DNA of 46,786 nucleotides from a virus (taxonomy: Duplodnaviria; Caudoviricetes). The stretch spans positions 1 to 46,786 of the IMG/VR virus record IMGVR_UViG_3300012667_000647. One strand, given 5' to 3'. Below the pieces are notes generated by a model that worked only from the letters and a program-made list of their open reading frames with translations, searched no databases and was not told the DNA's origin. A program made the translations under genes and the position numbers. Positions 26,014 to 35,651 of the stretch are shown piece after piece; position 1 is the stretch's first letter; every line of letters begins with the position of its first letter.

Positions 26014-26304
26014 TTAAAGTCCTTCGATACCTGACCAGGTTTTTAGTTTCTCACGTTTGGCTAATCTGGCAGCATTCACTGCACTATCTGAGATTATACA
26101 CTTTTCTATCATAATGTCAACCATACACAGGAGGTCTCCCACTTCTTCCTCTAGGCTTTGTTGATTCGTCTTACCGGATACCGGATGTACAGAACTGAAA
26201 CCGAAACGGAAGATTTTGGAAATTGCTTGGGTAACTTCTGCACACTCTTCCTGTGCGATACAGAAGACCTCCTTGGTTTGATTATCCATTAGTGATATGC
26301 TCAT
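26014..26304 (-). CDS. MazG-like nucleotide pyrophosphohydrolase
   Basis: QEECAEV...LEEEVGDL motif. Confidence 0.75.
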   Translation of the reverse strand: MSISLMDNQTKEVFCIAQEECAEVTQAISKIFRFGFSSVHPVSGKTNQQSLEEEVGDLLCMVDIMIEKCIISDSAVNAARLAKREKLKTWSGIEGL

Positions 26305-26521
26305 TCAAAAGTGTAGGAGCCGAGGCACAACCGCCACGGACGAAATCTTCTGCCAAGTTCTCAGCATCAGGTTCATTATGGCATGTGGTTCGTTGGATTG
26401 GTTTACCCTGTACATACAGTGCAACTTCAAACACATCGAAATTACGAGACCATTCACTACGGCGTAAACGTGTAACAGTGGCCTTGCGGTCACCTTCCAT
26501 ATATTCGGAATATATTTCCAT
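26282..26521 (-). CDS. hypothetical protein
   Basis: 79 aa; AAGGA Shine-Dalgarno. Confidence 0.7.
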   Translation of the reverse strand: MEIYSEYMEGDRKATVTRLRRSEWSRNFDVFEVALYVQGKPIQRTTCHNEPDAENLAEDFVRGGCASAPTLLNEHITNG

Positions 26522-26532
26522 TTTCTTTTCCT

Positions 26533-28725
26533 TTATGCAATCAATTCAATAAAACGATTTAAAACAACACGACTACTAATCTTGTTGCTTGCGAACTTAC
26601 TAAATGCTGAGGCCATGCCACGTGTAGTAGCGTTCTCTTTAAATGTGAGTTCCTCATCATCATCAGTATCTAGGCCATTTGACCTTAGAATGTAATAGTC
26701 ATCAAAACCAGTGGATGTTACAACCATAGAACTATTCTTACGGAATTCATCCTTCAGTTTGTCTCTGAACTCGTATCTTTCACTAATCTCCATTTTGTTG
26801 TATTCCGGAAAGAAATACGAAATACGGTTACTAATGTCTTTAGACTCTCCAACAAAGAAACCAATCACATGTGAATTTGTACGAATCTTCAACAAACGAA
26901 TCAGACAATCAGTTTGTGCTTGTCCTGAATAGTATTGTGAATTGCGTTCATACACTTCTTCGTGCCTTGTTTTAGGATCACGAATTACCATATGTGTGAA
27001 TGATTTGCCTTGAGCATATGAATCACTTTCAAATATGGAAGCGATAGGAGAACCTTCACCATCAGTTAAGAATACTGTATTCACAACCTGAAGTTTATTC
27101 CTCTTTTGAAACTGAGGTACAATTTCCATGGCAGCAATCACAGCTTCATTCAACGGAGTCCCACTCAAATACATGAATGATGGTGGACGAATGTTATACC
27201 TTCTTAATGCGTCATGTGCTCCAGACATCTTCATCAGTACTGACGCAGCAAAAGTAAAATCGGATGCAGACATACGGTTTGATAGTAAGTTAATCAGACC
27301 GAAATTTGACATCCTCAAATCTCCAGTTTTGCCGGTTTGATGATGCATGTATTCATGGTTGGTTCCATCAATAAAGGAATATACCTCAAAAGGAATATTA
27401 ACCTTCTTACAAAACATCGTCAAGTTCAACAACTGTTTAACTGTGTTGGCCAAGTGCTTTGACATTGAACCTGACCAATCCAAGAACATAACCAGTCCGT
27501 GTGATTTACCCTGAGGCACAACAGTCATCTTTTTAAAGATATCATCAGTCAGTGTGTATGCGTACAGGCGATTCATATTCAAATCACCTGTTTTGGCAGT
27601 AGAAGCACGCTTCATTTGGTCCGCATTTTTACGGAGTTCAAACTCTTTGACGAGATATGACACAACCTTACTAGATTCACGGCGATATGAGTTGAAGTAC
27701 ATTGGGTCAGCAGTGTAACTTTCTTCTCTCAACAAACGGAACATGTCTTTGTAGTCCATGATTTTAGACACATCGTACTTTGGAATGTTTCCGTAGACGT
27801 AAAGATTCTTCTCATTAGAGAATAGGTTAGATTCGTTACGCTTAAATGCATCATCCGTGAAGGAATGAATCTGTTCCTGAATCTGTTGCATGTCAATACC
27901 TGCACCTTGACCAGGTTGACCACTGGAAGAACTTTCATTTTCTTCATTTCGTGGTTCTTCTGACTGTTTTTCTTTCTTTGGCTCAGGTTTTTCTGATTTT
28001 ACGTCATCTTTTTCACTCTTTTGTGTTGCAACGACAATAGTAATGTCTGAATCATCGTCAGAATCTTCGGACTCTGTACTTTCTGGCTGTCCGGCACCTT
28101 GGTCTTCGCCTTGTTCGTCATCAACAATGATTTTTATTTTGATTTTTTGCTTTATTACTTCTTCTTCAATCAGTTGTTCTTTCATAAAATCACAAATTTT
28201 CTTTGTGACTTCAATTACATCATCAAAAGTTTCAGTGGATTCAACTTCATCAAGCATTTTTCGTTCTTCTTCACTGAACGGAAGTGCTAATGAAGCGCCA
28301 ATCTTACAATGTAGGTTTACTCGGTCAACAAAATTGTATTCCGTAAGGTCTTTACCATCAGTCTCAAAGAAGTTACGCTCATACAATTCACCATATGCCT
28401 TGATAAAAGGTGTTTTGATACCAGGATACTTGTTTTTAATCTTGCGTTCAATACGTGAGTCTTCAACCACGTTCATAACTGACATGTTGACCTTCTCAGC
28501 CTTCGCTTTCCTCATGCCTTCCAGTGGAGTCCACAGAGCATGACCAGTTTCGTGACCCATAAACAAGTCATAGACCTCTTTGGATAGATTACGGTCAAGC
28601 ACCGGCACAGTAAGTACACGATTCAGAATGTCAAAACTAGCTGTAGACACATTAGCTTGACGAATAATCATGTTCTCGGTCGCCATCAATTTGGCTAGTA
28701 ACGACTTTTGTTCAAATAAACTCAT
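26533..28725 (-). CDS. CobT-like protein: N-terminal HExxH metallopeptidase-like domain, acidic linker, vWA domain
   Basis: GHETGH, NVVEDSRIE, MIDAS DWSGSM, GTPL and LTDGE motifs. Confidence 0.85.
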   Translation of the reverse strand: MSLFEQKSLLAKLMATENMIIRQANVSTASFDILNRVLTVPVLDRNLSKEVYDLFMGHETGHALWTPLEGMRKAKAEKVNMSVMNVVEDSRIERKIKNKYPGIKTPFIKAYGELYERNFFETDGKDLTEYNFVDRVNLHCKIGASLALPFSEEERKMLDEVESTETFDDVIEVTKKICDFMKEQLIEEEVIKQKIKIKIIVDDEQGEDQGAGQPESTESEDSDDDSDITIVVATQKSEKDDVKSEKPEPKKEKQSEEPRNEENESSSSGQPGQGAGIDMQQIQEQIHSFTDDAFKRNESNLFSNEKNLYVYGNIPKYDVSKIMDYKDMFRLLREESYTADPMYFNSYRRESSKVVSYLVKEFELRKNADQMKRASTAKTGDLNMNRLYAYTLTDDIFKKMTVVPQGKSHGLVMFLDWSGSMSKHLANTVKQLLNLTMFCKKVNIPFEVYSFIDGTNHEYMHHQTGKTGDLRMSNFGLINLLSNRMSASDFTFAASVLMKMSGAHDALRRYNIRPPSFMYLSGTPLNEAVIAAMEIVPQFQKRNKLQVVNTVFLTDGEGSPIASIFESDSYAQGKSFTHMVIRDPKTRHEEVYERNSQYYSGQAQTDCLIRLLKIRTNSHVIGFFVGESKDISNRISYFFPEYNKMEISERYEFRDKLKDEFRKNSSMVVTSTGFDDYYILRSNGLDTDDDEELTFKENATTRGMASAFSKFASNKISSRVVLNRFIELIA

Positions 28726-28892
28726 TCTTTAATCTCTGTAATATACAATACTCCGTCCTTGACTTCCAAGTGCAGCTTTGTTCCTTCTTTCCAACCTTTA
28801 AGTGCAATCAGTTCATCAGGAAATGTCAAAATACCATCTCCTGATCCATCATCAGCGTCTTCAATAGTTGTTGTCCAGGTTTTTTGTGACAT
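28722..28892 (-). CDS. AbrB/MazE-like DNA-binding protein (56 aa, not in ORF track)
   Basis: MSQKTWTTTIEDADDGSGDGILTFPDELIALKGWKEGTKLHLEVKDGVVYITEIKE; ATGA-coupled to the vWA gene. Confidence 0.7.
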   Translation of the reverse strand: MSQKTWTTTIEDADDGSGDGILTFPDELIALKGWKEGTKLHLEVKDGVLYITEIKE

Positions 28893-29005
28893 ATTTCTCT
28901 CTACGTTTATATTTTACATCTTTTGTATGTGCTTGTACAGGCTTGATTGGTGTACGACACACCGGACGTTGTAGTTTAACAACAAAACTTAGGTTTTTTC
29001 TCATG

Positions 29006-29341
29006 TCATCGCCTCATGCTTGAAATATCGACAGCTTCCTGGTTATTAAACACGGGTACAGCGTTTGATTTGTGTAAAGTTGCAATTCCAAGAACCTTGG
29101 AACCAGTATATACTTTAGATGGCGCCTTTGTAGCAGTGCCACCTGAAGTATTTAATGATGGAATGTGTGGAGTTTCACGGACGTAAGACTTGGTCGGTTG
29201 CCAAGTGACGGCCTTGTACTTAACCGCTCGTTTGGGTTCGTACTTTTTAACAATCTCGTCCCACTCAGTAACCAATTGGCGTTGTTGTGCGTTGGGCTTA
29301 CGAGATTTGCGTTTTGTGGAATTGTGTGCGTGAATAATCAT
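29006..29341 (-). CDS. conserved hypothetical protein of T4-like phages
   Basis: YTG..VLGIATLHKSNAVPV...AVDISSMRR. Confidence 0.8.
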   Translation of the reverse strand: MIIHAHNSTKRKSRKPNAQQRQLVTEWDEIVKKYEPKRAVKYKAVTWQPTKSYVRETPHIPSLNTSGGTATKAPSKVYTGSKVLGIATLHKSNAVPVFNNQEAVDISSMRR

Positions 29342-29365
29342 CAAATATCTCCAAACTATGTGATA

Positions 29366-29394
29366 ATTATACACGGTTTAGAGATATTTGGCAA
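29366..29394 (-). promoter_or_regulatory. sigma70-type promoter
   Basis: TTGCCA-17bp-TATAAT; box B at 29401-29418. Confidence 0.78.
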
Positions 29395-29426
29395 TACTTG
29401 TGTTGCAGGATTACAACAACACAGAT

Positions 29427-29621
29427 TTAATAGGTAACTCTTGCTTTTTTACGTGAAGGTTTACCGTAAAGTGAATCATCTTCCTGCATTAACACATCAT
29501 AATTGTATTTTGTTAATTTTTTGACAGGATCGTGATTAGCACTACGTTTTCTTTTTTGTGAAAATTCATAATCATCGTTATAGTCTCGGTCCTTACGAAA
29601 CTTAGCCACGAATTTCGACAT
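29427..29621 (-). CDS. small basic hypothetical protein
   Basis: AGGAG Shine-Dalgarno; probable GTG start. Confidence 0.65.
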   Translation of the reverse strand: MSKFVAKFRKDRDYNDDYEFSQKRKRSANHDPVKKLTKYNYDVLMQEDDSLYGKPSRKKARVTY

Positions 29622-29628
29622 ATTACTC

Positions 29629-29997
29629 CTAATTGATTACCTCAAAATTGATACCCCTAATTTTTCTTTCCGGAGTATCAATCAAATCATGTTTTGTGAT
29701 GAATGTTATATCCGATTGAGGATATACTAACTTTATTAATTTTAACAGATTACAGTAATTACCCCTAGAATCATCAAATCTTAAAACTTCATCAACTGTT
29801 CTAAGACCTTCTAAGAGTCGCTGGCGGTCATCGTATTTGTTGAAGATGGTGTTGGTTCTCATATACACTTGCATGTCAGAGTGTAAACCAACGATTAACC
29901 AATCACCTTTGGATTTACATTTTTCCAAAAAGTCAAGGTCATCAACATTCAATAAATCATAATCACCAGCAGTTACAATTAATCTGTCTCTTGTCAT
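29629..29997 (-). CDS. cytidylyltransferase-fold protein with degenerate HxGH motif
   Basis: IVTAGDYDLL..., GDWLIVGLHSD, R...L..LRTVDEV..FDD; HxGH replaced by NVDD. Confidence 0.7.
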   Translation of the reverse strand: MTRDRLIVTAGDYDLLNVDDLDFLEKCKSKGDWLIVGLHSDMQVYMRTNTIFNKYDDRQRLLEGLRTVDEVLRFDDSRGNYCNLLKLIKLVYPQSDITFITKHDLIDTPERKIRGINFEVIN

Positions 29998-30419
29998 GGC
30001 AACATTTTTGGAAATGCCTCTTTAACAAATTTATAGTCCAAGCCTTTAACGCCTTGGTCTTTCGCAAAGACACCCATGATGATTTCAGCTTCACGTGGTT
30101 CTAAAGAATTCAACAATTGAAACAGTAAGTCGTTACGGCGTTTATCAGTCAACTTTTCAGCAGTTGCATCACCTACCCTAAACATATAAAGTTTTTTCAA
30201 TTGGTGATGTAGACTGTCGAAGGTGATTCCTGGTAAAACGTCATTTGGAATACGGTAGTTGTCCGGTAACTCTTTAACCTTCCACTGGAAGTCTGGATGG
30301 AACGTCAACGTCAAAACATCAACTAATGTTTGTGTTAGGTTCGCACCAATTACATCCATTCGTTCTTTTTTAGTTTTTGCTTTCTCAAAATCGTCAAAAA
30401 CTTCATATATCATCTTCAT
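29994..30419 (-). CDS. conserved hypothetical protein of T4-like phages (next to rnh)
   Basis: LFQLLNSL...EAE...KD...VKEAFP. Confidence 0.78.
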   Translation of the reverse strand: MKMIYEVFDDFEKAKTKKERMDVIGANLTQTLVDVLTLTFHPDFQWKVKELPDNYRIPNDVLPGITFDSLHHQLKKLYMFRVGDATAEKLTDKRRNDLLFQLLNSLEPREAEIIMGVFAKDQGVKGLDYKFVKEAFPKMLP

Positions 30420-31282
30420 TAAAATTCTCCGATAACTTCCATCAAATTTTTAAGTTTGTTGGAAATAAAATAATTCAACAGCTTACCTTTCGGTGCTGGT
30501 TTAGTTTCATCATACGTATTTATGATTTTAGTGCTAATATCACCTGGGATATTTCTCAGGTCAATAAGAGTGGAATTGCGGGAATAGTTAGTGGCCGCAG
30601 TAGTATCATACTCAGTGATATCTTCAGTTAGATACTTGGACATGCGTTGTTCGGTCATTCGCTTTTGTCGAGCACCTGTGACGAATGTATCACCAGCAGA
30701 CATGATATTTGGAATACCATCACCAGAATCACCATTAATAACCTTCATCTTTAGTTCCTTGATTGGATCTTCGGAGATTAGAAATTTCTTCTGTGCAGGA
30801 TTGTACTGCTTCACGGTATACTGTGACCGTCCATTATATTGTTGTAATTGCAGGAAGTCGCCATCACTGGAGATAATCAGAATGTTCTCATGCATAATGT
30901 GACGAGGTACAAGCGTGCCAATGATATCATCAGCCTCTGCACCTTCAACATCAATAACTTTGTATGGGAAATTGTCTTTGAGTTCCTGTTTGAACTTGGC
31001 AAGCATATCAAAAATCAGGTGCCAGTCCAAGTCTGATTTTTCTCGTGCTTTTTTACGATGCGCCTTGTAGTAAGGAAAGAAGTCCTTGCGCCAATACTTA
31101 CGGTTGTCAGCACAGAGTACAACCTCACCATATTCCTTGCGGAAGTTTCTCAGGTGCGTTCGGATGATGTTTAAAACCATATGACGAATTAGATGTTCTT
31201 CTAATTGCAGTTTAGGTTTTTGGTTGGCAATCTGAGCCATGAGGCCAGCCAACAGGACTTGGTTTAAATCAACAAGAATCAT
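30419..31282 (-). CDS. rnh: T4-type RNase H (5'-3' exonuclease)
   Basis: MILVD, YWRK..FPYYKA.R, EADDIIG, SSDGDFLQL and GDSGDGIPN motifs. Confidence 0.93.
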   Translation of the reverse strand: MILVDLNQVLLAGLMAQIANQKPKLQLEEHLIRHMVLNIIRTHLRNFRKEYGEVVLCADNRKYWRKDFFPYYKAHRKKAREKSDLDWHLIFDMLAKFKQELKDNFPYKVIDVEGAEADDIIGTLVPRHIMHENILIISSDGDFLQLQQYNGRSQYTVKQYNPAQKKFLISEDPIKELKMKVINGDSGDGIPNIMSAGDTFVTGARQKRMTEQRMSKYLTEDITEYDTTAATNYSRNSTLIDLRNIPGDISTKIINTYDETKPAPKGKLLNYFISNKLKNLMEVIGEF

Positions 31283-31302
31283 AATGTATCTTTTAAGTGT
31301 GT

Positions 31303-31653
31303 TTAATCTGTATTATACGACATATCTAACCAATTGGCAAACACTTCATCGGCCATCTTATCTGAGGTTGTGGTTTTTCTTGTAACCATACCATACCAGT
31401 CATCTTTAATCATCCTAGAGATATATGTCCTAGGTTCAACAAGTATACCATCAAATCTATCCAAGTCAGTCACATCATCCTCATCCATACGGAATAAAAT
31501 GATATCAAACATATCACCCATTTCAGAACCATTGAGTTTTTCACCTGGATCTTTATAAGTCGCAATATCAATTTTCACTTGGTTTTCATCTTCTGGATGC
31601 GGCACAAAAAAGATTGTGTCGTAATTTATGATATCACGTAAAGCTTCTAACAT
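31303..31653 (-). CDS. acidic hypothetical protein
   Basis: 116-aa ORF. Confidence 0.7.
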   Translation of the reverse strand: MLEALRDIINYDTIFFVPHPEDENQVKIDIATYKDPGEKLNGSEMGDMFDIILFRMDEDDVTDLDRFDGILVEPRTYISRMIKDDWYGMVTRKTTTSDKMADEVFANWLDMSYNTD

Positions 31654-32060
31654 TAAATTCCTTTTAAGTGTGACTTTCTTACTCTAACCATAATCCATGA
31701 GTTATAGTAATCATCACTTTCTAATACACCATTGACAAATTGTTCTTTCGCTTCAAGATACCCTGCACTACCTTTGGAAAGGCATAAGTGTAGGATTTCT
31801 CGTTTGAAAGTCTCTTTGCCGTGGAGTATAACATCTTTTTTTAGTTCCTCGTTGGAACCATAGTAAGTTTGCCAGTCCGAGGATACCTTGAACTTTTTCT
31901 TCTTGCCCTTTAACACTTTGGTTCTAGAGCTGTAGAAGAATTTCTTACCGATGTATTTTTTACCTGTTGTTAGATTGGTGATAAGATAGACGAATCCATA
32001 ATTATCACCAATATCATCTTCTGTAAAATCTTTGTTATTATGTAACCAGTTTAATCCCAT
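31653..32060 (-). CDS. GIY-YIG endonuclease, endonuclease II-like
   Basis: GFVYLITN..TGKKYIGKK, YYGS, E..EQF and YYN; short, with no extra DNA-binding tail. Confidence 0.8.
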   Translation of the reverse strand: MGLNWLHNNKDFTEDDIGDNYGFVYLITNLTTGKKYIGKKFFYSSRTKVLKGKKKKFKVSSDWQTYYGSNEELKKDVILHGKETFKREILHLCLSKGSAGYLEAKEQFVNGVLESDDYYNSWIMVRVRKSHLKGI

Positions 32061-32236
32061 TTTAAATCATCTTCATTTAAGTCATCTTCCTCTATATAGT
32101 CTTCGGTGATGTCTTCAATGATTTCGCCACAAAACGGGCAATGTTCTGGCAACGGTTGTGATACGAGTTGCTCAACATAAGCAACTTCGTAACTTGATTC
32201 ACAGTTTAGGCATTCGCCTGTAATTAGTTTGGACAT
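32051..32236 (-). CDS. zinc-ribbon protein
   Basis: CLNC...CPFCG with an acidic tail. Confidence 0.75.
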   Translation of the reverse strand: MSKLITGECLNCESSYEVAYVEQLVSQPLPEHCPFCGEIIEDITEDYIEEDDLNEDDLKWD

Positions 32237-32245
32237 AAGGTCTCC

Positions 32246-33232
32246 TTAGTGAGCCCAAACATCACCCCAAGTTCCTTGTTGAGCACCTTTTGCATAATCA
32301 GTAGCACGGTTCTCAAAGAAGTTAGTATGTGTCGGAGCATTAATCATTTCTTCAACCCATGGAAGTGGATTGCGTTTAACTTTAAAGATACCCTTCATAC
32401 CAAGACCAATCAATCTACGGTCAGCAATGTAACGAATGTATTTCTTAACTTCTTCTCTCGTTAAGCCTTCCATTTCAGTTACACCAAAAGCCAAGTCGAT
32501 AAACTTATCTTCTAACTCAACCATTTTTTCAGCAATGGTGTAGATGCTCGACTTCAATTCATCGTTCCAGATTTCGGGGTTCTCGTTTATATATGTTTTA
32601 AATAATTTCATCATATTCTCGGCGTGCATCGTTTCATCAACGATAGACCAAGTAACGATTTGCCCCATGCCCTTCATCTTACCCATGCGTGGGAAGTTCA
32701 ACAACATAATAAAAGATGAGAACAACTGCATACCTTCAGTAAATGCAGAGAACACAGCAATATGACGAGCTGTATTTTCTTTTGTACTGTTTTGGCCAGC
32801 TATGTCTAACACATAGTCGTGTTTGTCTTTCATTTCTTGGTAAGCCAAAAACTCACTGTATGTGGTTTCAGGTAGACCAAGCGTTTCAATCAAATGACTG
32901 TATGCAGCAATGTGTAGAGCTTCACGTGCAGCGAAACCCATCAACATCATACGAATTTCTGGTTGTGGGAAATAAGGTAGATAGTTATTAACATAACCAC
33001 CAGCAACATCAATATCACCTTGTGTGAAGAAACGGAAGATGTGTGTAAGAAACTGTTTTTCACCATCACTTAGTTTCTTCTTCCAATCTTTCTCATCTTC
33101 CAACATCGGCACTTCAGTATGCAACCAATGTGATTGTTCATGTTTCAACCATGCGTCATATGCCCATGGGTAGTTGAATGGTTTAAAGTTACTGCGTTGG
33201 TCAGTAACACGACTACTTACTTTCTTAATCAT
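32246..33232 (-). CDS. nrdB: ribonucleotide reductase class Ia beta subunit
   Basis: FFTQGD, EALH...Y, EGMQLFSSF, DETMH and NFFE motifs. Confidence 0.95.
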   Translation of the reverse strand: MIKKVSSRVTDQRSNFKPFNYPWAYDAWLKHEQSHWLHTEVPMLEDEKDWKKKLSDGEKQFLTHIFRFFTQGDIDVAGGYVNNYLPYFPQPEIRMMLMGFAAREALHIAAYSHLIETLGLPETTYSEFLAYQEMKDKHDYVLDIAGQNSTKENTARHIAVFSAFTEGMQLFSSFIMLLNFPRMGKMKGMGQIVTWSIVDETMHAENMMKLFKTYINENPEIWNDELKSSIYTIAEKMVELEDKFIDLAFGVTEMEGLTREEVKKYIRYIADRRLIGLGMKGIFKVKRNPLPWVEEMINAPTHTNFFENRATDYAKGAQQGTWGDVWAH

Positions 33233-33473
33233 TAATCCAGTCCTCTAGTTCTTTAAGTGACTTAGCGCCACTTATACGTTTGATTTCGTTATTACCTTCT
33301 AACATAATCAATGTCGGTACACCACGTACACCATAGTCTAATGCTGTGTCGGTATTTACATCAATATCAACAACTTCAATAGGAACGTTTGTATTAACAG
33401 ACTCCAAGTTTTTGGCCAATGTTTTGCATGGTTGGCACCATGATGCTGTAAATCTTAATATTCTTTTATCCAT
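33225..33473 (-). CDS. thioredoxin
   Basis: WCQPC active site; VRGVPT. Confidence 0.92.
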   Translation of the reverse strand: MDKRILRFTASWCQPCKTLAKNLESVNTNVPIEVVDIDVNTDTALDYGVRGVPTLIMLEGNNEIKRISGAKSLKELEDWIND

Positions 33474-33476
33474 TTT

Positions 33477-35288
33477 TTATCCTTCACAAGCGATACAATC
33501 ATTGCCTTGAGCAATTTGTGTCATATCAAGTTCTTTAATTACTTCACGTTCAATTCTCTTAGATACTTTATCAGCCTTAGCAAGTTTCTCACTACGGCAA
33601 TAGTACAATGTTTTCAGTCCACGTTTCCATGCCAAGAAATGTACAGCATGAATATATTTCAGATGACTATCTGGACGGAAGAACACGTTAAGACTTTGTG
33701 CTTGGTCAATATATTGTTGACGGTCTGCTGCATGTTCAATTACCCATCGTTGGTCAATTTCCATAGATGTTTTGAACACATCTTTAGTTTCTTGGTCCAT
33801 CCACGTCAAGTGTTGCACCGAACCATCATTAGCAATCACAGAAGACCAAATGTCAGCATATTCTTCTTCACCCTTTGGTGTCAATGGTGCACCTTCTGGT
33901 GATAAGTGTTTCAAAATCACTTTATCTAGATACTTGTTCTTGTTCAGAAATGATCCTGATAGAGTATCTTGACGGTATGCGTTAGCACGCCAAGGCTCAA
34001 CAGAAGGAGAAGTATTTCCCAAGATGATAGACGAAGAAGCATTTGGAGCAATAGCCATAAGATGACTAAAGCGCTGACCAGTGCCCACAGCATCGGGCGC
34101 TTCACCACGTTCAGAACCCAATTGAAGATTTGCATCATCTAGTCCTTTTCTGATTGATTTGAAGGTGTTGTTGTTGATTGACTTTGCAATGGCTGATTCA
34201 AAGGCCACATTCTTTCGCTGCAAATAAGCATGGAAACCCAAAGCACCAACACCAATAGAACGTTCACGAGTAGCAGAGTACCTGGCACGAGCAATAGTGT
34301 CAGGTGCATTATCAATAAAATATTGTAACACGTTATCAAGCATTTCTGCCACGTCCCGTAGAAAAATTTCATCATTCTTCCATTCATCGTAGGTCTCCAA
34401 GTTCAAACTAGACAAACAACATACTGCTGTGCGTTCTTCATTAGTTGGTAAAATAATTTCAGAACATAGATTTGATTGGTTTACTTTTAGTCCGAGATTC
34501 TTTAAGTGTTCTGGTAGGTAACGGTTACTGATATCAATGAAATGCAAATATGGTTCACCCGTGTGCATACGCAAGTCGATAATCATTTGCCACAACATTC
34601 TTGCAGATACAGTCTCACGGACTTCACCTGAATGTGGGTCAACCAAGTCCCAATCATCACTTGCATCTTTATCAATCATACAACGTTCAATGATTTCCAT
34701 GAACGCATCTGGAATGTTGATGCCGTGGTGTAAGTTCAAACAACGAACGTTTTGGTCACCTGTTGGCTTACGCATTTCTAGGAATGAGATTATGTCTGGG
34801 TGAGAAACAGAAAGATAAGCAGCATAAGACCCACGGCGAGTGCTACCTTGACGGTAAGCAAGAGAAGAAGCATCGTAAGTTTTAAGATGAGCCATAACGC
34901 CAGTAGACTTATCACTAGAAGAACGGATACCGACTCCAATACCCACTCCGCCGCCGAACATACTGAGCCAACTAGTTTCTGAATAGTTTTCAACTAGGCC
35001 TTCCGCTGTGTCTTCAATGTAGTTTAAGAAACACGAGATTGGTAGACCCTTCTTAGACCTTCCAAAAGAAAGGATCGGTGTAGAGTAGGACAACCAGTGT
35101 TTTGATGCATATTCATATAGTCGTTGAGCATGTTCGGGGTTTGTGCCGAATGCTTTAGATACGTATGCAAATCTATGTTGTGGTGAGGTTTCATCCTCAC
35201 GCATGTAAGATTCTTTAAGTCTTTTTTTGCCGAGTTCATCAAATAAATTATCTCTCTCTAAGTCAATCTTAATTCCAAGATATTCCAT
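33477..35288 (-). CDS. nrdA: ribonucleotide reductase class Ia alpha subunit (no ATP cone)
   Basis: STP, SCF, GGGVG, SNLCSEI, APNASSS, LKTLYY and C-terminal CIAC. Confidence 0.95.
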   Translation of the reverse strand: MEYLGIKIDLERDNLFDELGKKRLKESYMREDETSPQHRFAYVSKAFGTNPEHAQRLYEYASKHWLSYSTPILSFGRSKKGLPISCFLNYIEDTAEGLVENYSETSWLSMFGGGVGIGVGIRSSSDKSTGVMAHLKTYDASSLAYRQGSTRRGSYAAYLSVSHPDIISFLEMRKPTGDQNVRCLNLHHGINIPDAFMEIIERCMIDKDASDDWDLVDPHSGEVRETVSARMLWQMIIDLRMHTGEPYLHFIDISNRYLPEHLKNLGLKVNQSNLCSEIILPTNEERTAVCCLSSLNLETYDEWKNDEIFLRDVAEMLDNVLQYFIDNAPDTIARARYSATRERSIGVGALGFHAYLQRKNVAFESAIAKSINNNTFKSIRKGLDDANLQLGSERGEAPDAVGTGQRFSHLMAIAPNASSSIILGNTSPSVEPWRANAYRQDTLSGSFLNKNKYLDKVILKHLSPEGAPLTPKGEEEYADIWSSVIANDGSVQHLTWMDQETKDVFKTSMEIDQRWVIEHAADRQQYIDQAQSLNVFFRPDSHLKYIHAVHFLAWKRGLKTLYYCRSEKLAKADKVSKRIEREVIKELDMTQIAQGNDCIACEG

Positions 35289-35303
35289 ATTTTTACCTTA
35301 TTA

Positions 35304-35651
35304 TTATTTTACAAATGGTTTTAAATCTGGTGGTGTCCAGCCTTCAGGTTTCAACACTTTACCATCTTTACGTTTATTCACTTTACCGGTTACAGAATCA
35401 ATCTTTGCAAGGTTCGAACGAGCCACTTCTGCCCATGCGCCATTCACATCATAACCTTTCATGTAACAATAACCTAGGATAACCCAAATCATGTCCATGC
35501 AACCGTCAAGTTGTCCCACCTCGTCACCAGCAAAATAGTCTCGTACAAACTCATCAAATTCTTCACGTATCAATTTTTGATATAGAATCACATTTTGTTC
35601 ATTACGTTCTTGGTCACACGCTTCAATAAATTTAATCACATCATTGTTCAT
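35304..35651 (-). CDS. MazG-superfamily / PRA-PH-like NTP pyrophosphohydrolase
   Basis: LIREEFDE, DGCMD, EVARSNLAK and DGKVLKPEGW motifs. Confidence 0.82.
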   Translation of the reverse strand: MNNDVIKFIEACDQERNEQNVILYQKLIREEFDEFVRDYFAGDEVGQLDGCMDMIWVILGYCYMKGYDVNGAWAEVARSNLAKIDSVTGKVNKRKDGKVLKPEGWTPPDLKPFVK

